From assembly GCF_009914755.1 (NCBI RefSeq), contig NC_060933.1: DNA of 64,000 bases. One strand, 5' to 3'. A program made the position numbers and the translations under genes. A model generated the notes under the pieces. That model was not told the DNA's origin, did not search any database, and was given only the letters and a program-made list of their open reading frames with translations. The stretch is from the human T2T-CHM13v2.0 reference genome, Homo sapiens. Below, one piece after another: positions 55,377 through 64,000 of the stretch (its first letter is position 1; every line of letters begins with the position of its first letter).

Positions 55377-55390
55377 ATTGCCATGGAAAC
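55377..55390. promoter_or_regulatory. RFX X-box-like motif
   Basis: ATTGCCATGGAAAC versus consensus GTTGCCATGGCAAC. Confidence 0.45.
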
Positions 55391-56654
55391 CAGCTCCCTG
55401 GGAGTTCGCAGGCACCTTATTCTATAATTATAAGAGATCTGATAAGGGGTGGGGGGATGGTGGTGTGTATTTTTTTTCTTTATAAATTGTATTCGGTAGC
55501 TGAAAATAGAAGAACCTAGAGAACAAAGCCTATTATTAACCACCATCCGCTAAGAGGCGGCTGCACTTCAGCTGCTTGAAGGGGCTGTTCCTGCAAGTTC
55601 TACAGATGTGCCAGGATGTCAGAGGTGGGTCAGGACTGCGACCCTGACAGGGGAGGGTGTGTCCAGGCAAGCAAGGCACAAGCACAGCTTCAGACTGAAA
55701 TGGGCTCCTTCTCGTTCCCCAGCACCCGATGGACTGAATCCATCGTCCAAGGTGGGTTGCACAAGTGCCCAACCCCAGGGAAATTCGCAAGGTCTCCTCC
55801 ATCCCTCTCCTTCCTTCCCTGACATTCCCAGATTCAAAGTCTGGATGGAATCCTGGCCATCTCAGCCACAGGACTTGGAACAGGTTTCTTAAGCTTTCTG
55901 AACCTCTGTTCTTTTGTGATTAAAGATTGCTGTGAGGATTAAACAAAAGTAACAAAGACGAAGGGAATGTGTCTTTGGCAAACTGTAAAGTTTGTTGCAC
56001 ACAGCTGGACTATCTGAGGAACTCAGCCAAACCAGCTTTGGAAGAAAATCACCCTTTATTTAAAAATCAAACCACCCATTTTCAGGTTGAGTGATTTTAT
56101 CAGTAACCCCATAGTAGACATTAAAAAGAACAGGAATGTCCTGTCATTATTATAATAATAACTACAATAATATCTTTCATTTGTGGAATTTTACAGTGTT
56201 TGTTTTCACTGCATTTTATTGAGGTTGTACATTATTTTGATGGACTGAGCACTTCTGTGTTGATTCACTTATAAGGAAGCCTGGGCAGTTTGGGAAGCCT
56301 CTTTTCTGAAGAGCTTTCCCTTTTTAAAATGAGTCATGGTCATTAAAACTGAAGCCAAGCAGCATAGAGTATGGCCGTGTATGTTAAGGGCACTGAGTCA
56401 ACAAAATCACCAAAGCTATTCAAATATCTGAAAAGTTCATCCAGTTGCCCTCTAAAAAGCAGGAAGTGAGTGAGAAGAATAGAGAATGTTTTGTTTAATC
56501 CATGACCATAATCAACCTACTGTCCAGAGTTAATAATCTTTAAAAGCCAAAGACACATCCGCAGAAGAATATTACCTTTACACTCTTCCCCTACTACAGC
56601 TCCCATGGAATGCCCATAGCCTCTGGAAGCAGGAGAGTGTTCTCTGCCCAGTGT

Positions 56655-57120
56655 CTGCTATCAGTTAAAATTAGGTATGGCTGCAATAGAAACCTGAAAA
56701 ACCAATGGCTAAAGTGAAATTAAAAAGTGTTTCTCTATCAAGTAACATTCCAGAGGTAGACAGCACCACTCTGACACATTCATGGCCTGGGCTCAACCTC
56801 ATGGTCCACCAACAGCAGCTAGAGTACTGGCTCTTCCAACTGCATTCCAGCAAGTACAATGGAGAAGGGACAAAGGCAAGGAGGTGGGGACGGTGGAGAG
56901 TGCAAGCTTCCTGCCTTTCAAAGAATGCTTTTAGGAGCTTCCATACAACAATTCTGTTCATATCCCATGGACCTGAACATAGGAACATGACCAACTTAGC
57001 AATAAGGGAGACTGGAAAACGAAGTCTTCATAATGGGCAACCATGTTCCCAGCTTAAAGTCAGGGGTTCTAGAAGAAGGTGAAGTGCAAACTAGGGAGCG
57101 ACCAGCAGTCTCCACCCATA
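56655..57120 (-). mobile_element. Old MLT1 (J/K-type) LTR
   Basis: TCAGTTAAAATTAGGTATGGCTGCAAT, CATATCCCATGGACCTGAACATAG..CATGACC..GGGAGACTGGAAAA. Confidence 0.6.
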
Positions 57121-57518
57121 TCTTTCATACTTTGACTCTGCTTTCACAATCCTTTTTGCCAGGTGACACAAATGAGGTCATCTCCAAGTCTTGGTTCAAC
57201 TACATGAAACCAGGAAGTTTCTCTGTGGCCTGAGCTATTCTGAGGACCTTGGACTGTGCCACCCAAAAAAACACCACCTCACTTTCGTGGAACACACAGC
57301 TGTGTTATGGGAATGACAGAGTAGTTAGAACCCTACCCTTACCTTCAAAGAGCTGACCTCCTACTGTAGTCCTTCTCAATTTCTCATGAGAAGACATCAC
57401 CAGCTCAAAGCTCAGGGCTGACAACAGCCAGAAACCCAATCCAAACAAAATAAGGAACTAGGCCAAAAAGAGACTTACTAGAGTGTTAAAGGAAATGTAA
57501 GACAAGAGGAGTGGCTGG

Positions 57519-57528
57519 CAAGATGGCC
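57519..57528 (+). promoter_or_regulatory. YY1 site of the L1 internal promoter
   Basis: CAAGATGGCC near +12 of the L1 5'UTR. Confidence 0.75.
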
Positions 57529-58870
57529 GAATAGGAAAAGCTCCGGTCTGCAGCTCCCAGTGAGATCAATGCAGAAGGTGGGTGATTTCTGCATCTCCAA
57601 CTGAGGTACCGGCTCATCTCATTGGAACTGGTTAGACAGTGGGTGCAGCTCGCAGAGGGCAAGCCAAAGCAGGGTGGGGCATCGTCTCACCTGGGAAGCA
57701 CAAAGAGACGGGGAACTCCCTCCTCTAGCCAAGGGAAGCCATGAGGAACTGTGCCATGCGGAATGGTGCATTCTGGCCCAGATACTATGCTTTTCCCACA
57801 GTCTTCATAGCCCGCAGACCAGGAGATTCCCTCTGGTGCCTACACCACCAAGGCCCTGGGTTTCAAGCACAAGACTGGGCGGCCATTTGGGCAGACACCA
57901 AGCTACCTACAGGAGTTTTTTTCATATCCCAGTGGCGCCTGGAACGCCAGCAAGACAGAACCATTCACTCCCCTGGAAAGGTGGCTGAAGCCAGGGAGCC
58001 AAAGGGGGCTGAAGCCAGGGAGCCAAGTATTCTAGCTCAGTGGATCCCACCCCCATGGAGCCCAGCAAGCAAAGATCCACTGGTTTGAAATTCTCAATGC
58101 AGGCGCAGCAGTCTGAAGTCAACCTGGGACACTTGAGCTTGATGGGGGCAGGGGCGTCTGCCATTACTAAGGCTTGAGTAGGCAGTTTTCCCCTTACAGT
58201 GTAAACAAAGCCACCAGGAAGTCCAAACTGGGCAGAGCCAACCGGAACACCACAAAACCACTGTAACCAGACTGCCTCTCTAAATTCCTCCTCTCTGGGC
58301 AGGACATCTCTGAAAGAAAGGCAGCAGCCCCAGTCAGGGGCTTATAGATAAAACTCCTGTCTCCCTGGGACAGAGCACCTGGAGGAAGGGTGGCTATGGG
58401 CACAGCTTCAGCAAACTTAAACATTCCTGTCTGTCAGCTCTGAAAAGAGCAGTGGATCTCCCAGCACAGTGCTTGAGCTCTGCTAAGAGACAGACTGCCT
58501 CCTCAAATGGGTCCCTGATCCCTGTGCCTCCTGACAGGGAGACACCTCCCAGCAGGGATTGACAGACACCTCATACAGGAGAGCTCCAGCTGGCATCTGG
58601 CGGGTGCCCCTCTGGGATGACGCTTCCAGAGGAATGAACAGGCAGCAATCTTTGCTGTTCTGCAGCCTCTGCTGGTGACACCCAGACAAACAGGGACTGG
58701 AGTGGGCCTCCAGCAAACTCCAGCAGACCTGCAGCAGAAGGACCTGACTGTTAGAAGGAAAACTAACAAACAGAAAGGAATAGCGTCAACATCAACAAAA
58801 AGGACGTCCACACAAAAATCCCACCCAAAGGTCACCAACACCAAAGACCGAAGGTAGATAAACCACAAAG

Positions 58871-59886
58871 ATGAGGAAAAACCAGCACAAAAAGGCTGAA
58901 AATTCCAAAAACCAGAACGTCTCTTCTCCAAAGGATCACAACTTCTCGCCAGCAAGGGAACAAAACTGGACAGAAAATGAGTTTGACGAATTGACAGAAG
59001 TAGGATTCAGAAGGTGGGTAATAACAAACTCCTCTGAGCTAAAGGAGCATGTTCTAACCCAATGCAAGATAGCTAAGAACCTTGAAAAAAGGTTAGAGGA
59101 ATTGCTAACTAGAATAACCAGTTTAACGAAGAATATAAATGACCTGGAGGAGCTGAAAAACACAACGCAAGAACTTCGTGAAGCATACCCAAGTATCAAT
59201 AGCTGAATTGATCAAGTGGAAGAAAGGATATCAGAGATTAAAGATCAACTTAATGAAATAAAGCATGAAGCAAGATTAGAGAAAAAAGAATGAAAATGAA
59301 CGAACAAAGCCTCCAAGAAATATGAGGCTGTGAGAAAAGACCAAACCAACATTTGATTGGTGTACTGAAAGTGACAGGGAGAATGGAACCAAGTTGGAAA
59401 ACACTTTTCAGGATATCATCCAGGAGAACTTCCCCAACCTAGCAAGAACGTTCAAATTCAGGAAATACAGAGAACACCACAAAGATACTCCTCGAGAAGA
59501 GCAACCTCAAGACACATAATTGTCAGATTCACCAAGGTTGAAATAAAGGAAAAATTGTTAAGGGAAGCCAGAGAGAGAAAGGTCAGGTTACCCACAAAGG
59601 GAAGCCCATCAGACTAACAGCAGGTCTCTCTGCAGAAACTCTATAAGCCAGAAGAGAGTGGGGGCCAATATTCAACATTCTTAAAGAAAAGAATTTTCAA
59701 CCCAGAATTTCATATCCAGCTGAATTAAGCTTCATAAGCAAGGGAGAAATAAAATCCTCTACAGACAAGAAAATGTTGAGAGATTTTGTCACCAGCAGGC
59801 CTGCCTTACAAGAGCTCCTGCAGGAAGCACTAAACGTGGAAAGGAACAACCGGCACCAGCCACTGCAAAAACATACCAAATTGTAA
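58871..59886 (+). pseudogene. L1 ORF1 relic (RNA-binding chaperone) with premature stop at 59204-59206 and frameshifts
   Basis: MRKNQHKKAENSKNQN..ENEFDELTEVGFRRWVITN. Confidence 0.92.
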
Positions 59887-59949
59887 AGACCATCAACACT
59901 ATGAAGAAACTGCATCAACTAACAGCCAAAATAACCAGCTAGCATAATA

Positions 59950-62900
59950 TTGACAGAATCAAATTCACACATAACAATATTAACCTTAAATGTAAAAGGG
60001 CTACATCCCCCAATTAAAAGACACAGACTGGCAAATTGGATAAAGAGTCAAAGCCCATCACTGTGTTGTATCCAAGAGAACCATCTCATGTGCAAAGACA
60101 CACATAGGCTCAAAATAAAGGGATGGAAGAATATTTACCAAGCAAATGGAAAGCAAAAAAAAAGCAGGGTGGCAATCCTAGTCTCTGATAAAACAGGCTT
60201 TAAACCAACACAGATCAAAAGAGACAAAGAAGGGCATTACATAATGGAAAATGAATCAATGCAACCAGAAGAGCTAACTATCCTAAATATGTATGCACCC
60301 AACACAGGAGCACCCAGATTCATAGAGCAAGTTCTTAGAGACCTACAAAGAGAATTAGACTCCCATACAATAGTAGTGGGTGTCTTTAACACCCCACTGT
60401 CAATATTAGACAGATCAGCAAGACAGAAAATTAACAAAGATATTAAGGACTTGAACTCAGCTCTGGACCAAGCATACCTAACAGATACAGAACTCTGCAC
60501 CCCAGATCAACAGAATATACATTTTTCTCAGCACCACATCACACTTATTCTAAAATTGACCACACAGTTGGAAGTAAAACACTCTCCAGCAAATGCAAAA
60601 GAACAGAAATCATAACAAACAGTCTCTCAGACCACAGTGCAATAAAATTAGAACTCAGGATTAAGAAACTTACTCAAAACCACACAACAATATAGAAACT
60701 GAACAACCTGCACCTGAATGGCTACTGGTAAATAACGAAATTAAAGCAGAAATAAATAAGCTCTTTGAAACCGATGAGAATGCAACATACCAGAATCTCT
60801 GGGACACAGCTAAAGCAGTGTTTAGAGGGAAGTTTATAGCACTAAATGCCCACAGGAGAAAGCAGGGAAGATCTAAAATTGACACCCTAACATCACAATT
60901 AAAAGAACTAGAGAAGCAAGAGCAAACAAATTCAAAAGCTAGCAGCAGACAAGAAATATCTACAATCAGAGCAGAACAAAAGGAGATAGAGACATGAAAA
61001 AGCCTTGAAATAAATCAATGAATCCAGGAGCTGATTTTTTGAAAAGATTAACAAAATAGACCGCTAGCCAGACTAAAGAAGAAAAGTGAGAAGCATCAAA
61101 TAGACACAGTAAAAAATGATAAAAGGGATACCACCACTGATCCCACAGAAATACAAACTACCATCAGAGGATACTATAAACAGCTCTACGCAAATAAACT
61201 AGAAAATCTAGAAAAAATTGATAAATTCCTGGACACATACACCCTCCCAAGACTAAACCAGAAAGAAATCAATCCCTGAATAGATCAATAAGTTCTGAAG
61301 TTGAGGCAGTAATTAATAGCCTACCAACTAAAAAAGCCCGGGACCAGAAGGATTCACAGCCAAATTCTACCAGAGGTACAAAGAGGAGCTGGTACCATTC
61401 CTTCTGAATCTATTCCAAACAATAGAAAAAGAGGGACTCCTCCCTAACTCATTTTATGGGGCCAGCATCATCCTGATAACAAAACCCAGAAGAGACACAA
61501 CAAAAAAAGAAAATTTCAGGCCAATATCCCTGATGAACATTGATGTGAAAATCCTCAATAAAATACTGGCAAACCAAATCCAGCAGCACATCAACAAGCT
61601 TATCCAACATGATCAGGTCGGCTTCATCCCTGGGATGCAAGGCTGGTTCCACATACGCAAATCAATAAATGTAATCCATCACATAAACAGAACCAATGAC
61701 AAAAACCACATGATTATCTCAATAGATGCAGAAAAGACCTTCAATAAAATTCCACACCCCTTCATGCTAAAAACTCTCAATAAACTAGGTATTGATGGAA
61801 TGTATCTCAAAATCATAAGAGCTATTCATGACAAACCCACAGCCAATATTATACTGAATGGGCAAAAGCTGGAAGCATTCCCTTTGAAAACTGGCATCAC
61901 ACGAGGATGCCCTCTGTCACCACTCCTATTCAACATAGTATTGGAAGTTTCTGCCAGGGCAATCAGGCAAGAGAAAGAAATAAAGCGTACTCGAATAGGA
62001 AGAGAGGAAGTCTAATTGCCTCTGTTTCAGATGACATGATTGTATATTTAGAGAACCCCATTGTCTCAGCCCAAAATCTCCTTAAGCTGATAAGCAAAGT
62101 CTCAGGATACAAAATCAATGTCCAAAATCACAAGCATTTCTATACACCAATAATAGACAAACACAGAAGAAAATCATGAGTGAACTCCCATTCACAATTG
62201 CTACAAAGAGAATAAAATACCTAGGAATACAACTTACAAGGGATGTGAAGGACCTCTTCAAGGAGAACTATAAACCACTGCTAAAGGAAATAAGAGAGGA
62301 CACAAACAAATGGAAAGACATTCCATGCTCATGGATAGGAAGAATCAATATCATGAAAATGGCCATACTGCCCAAAGTAATTTATAGATTCAGTGCTATC
62401 CCCATCAAGCTATCATTGACTTTCTTCACAGAATTAGAAAAAACTACCTTAAATTTCATATGGAACCAAAAAAGAGCTTGTATAGCCAAGCAAAGCCTAA
62501 GCAAAAAGAACAAAGCTGGAGTCATCATGTTACCTGACTTCAAACTATACCACAAGGCTATAGTGACCAAAACAGCATGGTAGTGGTACCAAAACAGATA
62601 TATAGACCAATGGAGCAGAACAGAGGCCTCAGAAATAACACCACACATCCACAACCATCTGATTTTTGACAAACCTGGCAAAAACTAGCAATGGGGAAAG
62701 GAGCCTCTATTTAATAAATGGTGCTGGGAAACTGGCTAGCCATGTGCAGAAAACTGAAACTGGACCCCTTCCTTACACCTTATACAAAAGTTAACTCAAG
62801 ATGGATTAAAGACTTAAACGTAAGATTTAAAACCATAAAAACCCTAGAAGAAAACCTAGGCAATACCATTCAGGATATAGGCATGGGCAAATACTTCATG

Positions 62901-63760
62901 AATGAAACACCAAAAGCAATGGCAACAAAAGCCAAAACTGACAAATGGGATTTAACTAAACTAAAGAACTTCTGCACAGCAAAACAAACTATCATCAGAG
63001 TGATCCCCTCCCAAGGATATCATCAGGCATACTAAAGAACGGGAGAAAAATTTTGCAAGCTATCCATCTGACAAAGGGCTAATATCCAGAATCTATAAGG
63101 AACTTAAACAAATTTACAAAAACAAACAAACAACTTCAACAAAAAGTGGGCAAAGGATATAAACAGACACTTTTCAAAAGAAGACATTTATGCGGCCAAG
63201 AAACATATAGAAAAAAGCTCATCATCACTGGTCATTAGAGAAATGCAAATCAAATCACAGTGAGATGCCATCTCACTCTAGTTAGAATGGCAATCATTAA
63301 AAAGTCAGGAAACAACAGGTGCTGGAGAGGATGTGGAGAAATAGGAATGCTTTTACACTGTTGGTGGGAGTGTAAATTAGTTCAACCACTGTGGAAGACA
63401 GTGTGGTGATTCCTCAAGGATCTAGAACCAGAAATACCATGTGACCCAGCAATCCATCAATGGGTATATACCCAAAGGATTATAAATCATTCTACTATAA
63501 AGACACATGCACACATACGTTTATTGCAGCACTATTCACAATAGCAAAGACTTGGAACCAACTCAAATGCCCATCAATGATAGACTGGATAAAGAAAATG
63601 TGGCACATATACACCATGGAATACTATGCAGCCATAAAAAAGGATGAGTTTGTGTCCTTTGCAGGGACATGGATGAAGCTGGAAACCATCATTCTCAGCA
63701 AACTAACACAGGAACAGAAAACCAAACACCACATGTTCTCACTCATAAGTGGGAGTTTAA
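59950..63760 (+). pseudogene. L1 ORF2 relic (APE endonuclease + reverse transcriptase), multiply disrupted
   Basis: HITILTLNV..CCIQE (endonuclease); [12 protein letters not shown] and [14 protein letters not shown] (RT); the FADD motif is frameshifted near 62027 (TTTCAGATGAC). Confidence 0.93.
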
Positions 63761-64000
63761 CAATGAGAACACACGGACACAGGGAGGGGAACATCATACA
63801 CCGTGGCCTGTCAGGGGGTTGGGGGTTAATGGAGGGATAGCATTAGGAAAAATACCTAATGTAGATAATGGGTTGACGGCTGCAGCGAACCACCATGGCA
63901 CGTGTGTACCTATGTAACAAACCTGCACGTTCTGCACATGTATCCCAGAACTTAAAGTATAATAAAACAAAAGAAAAAAAAAAGTAAGACAAGAAAATGT

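Larger units (their letters stand above)
57508..63983 (+). mobile_element. Full-length LINE-1, L1PA7-like (~6.48 kb), inactive
   Basis: 5'UTR GGCTGGCAAGATGGCCGAATAGG, ORF1 and ORF2 relics, 3'UTR ..TATCCCAGAACTTAAAGTATAATAAA, A tail; TSD GTAAGACAAGA at 57497-57507 and 63984-63994. Confidence 0.97.

Noticed and set aside
57508-63983. Active LINE-1 or novel reverse-transcriptase system
   Set aside because: Standard old L1PA architecture with stops and frameshifts in both ORFs, including at the RT catalytic motif

Overview
Primate (catarrhine-type, most likely human) euchromatic non-coding DNA. I find no recognisable cellular protein-coding exon, tRNA/rRNA gene, CpG island or CRISPR array. The window is a layered record of transposons: the 5' end of a minus-strand HERV-L provirus (MLT2A-type LTR, tRNA-Leu PBS, Alu-interrupted gag) at the left edge and a full-length, decayed L1PA7-like LINE-1 with target-site duplications at the right edge. 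Between them are 14 Alus, many MaLR/ERVL solo LTRs, Tigger3b/MER58/MER2/MER5 DNA transposons and old L1M/L2/MIR/CR1 fragments. Unique stretches carry candidate regulatory signals (a strong CTCF motif, an AP-1 cluster, an RFX X-box, a dense TGACA cluster). The most unusual directly visible structures are a nested perfect palindrome at 7575-7672, a tailless U6 retrocopy with TSDs at 11041-11070, and a ~110-160 bp non-TE local duplication (38154/39669) bracketing a multi-hairpin, TGACA-rich element. I could not support a wholly new biological system from sequence alone. Repeat subfamily names come from recalled consensus sequences, and boundaries of old repeats are approximate.
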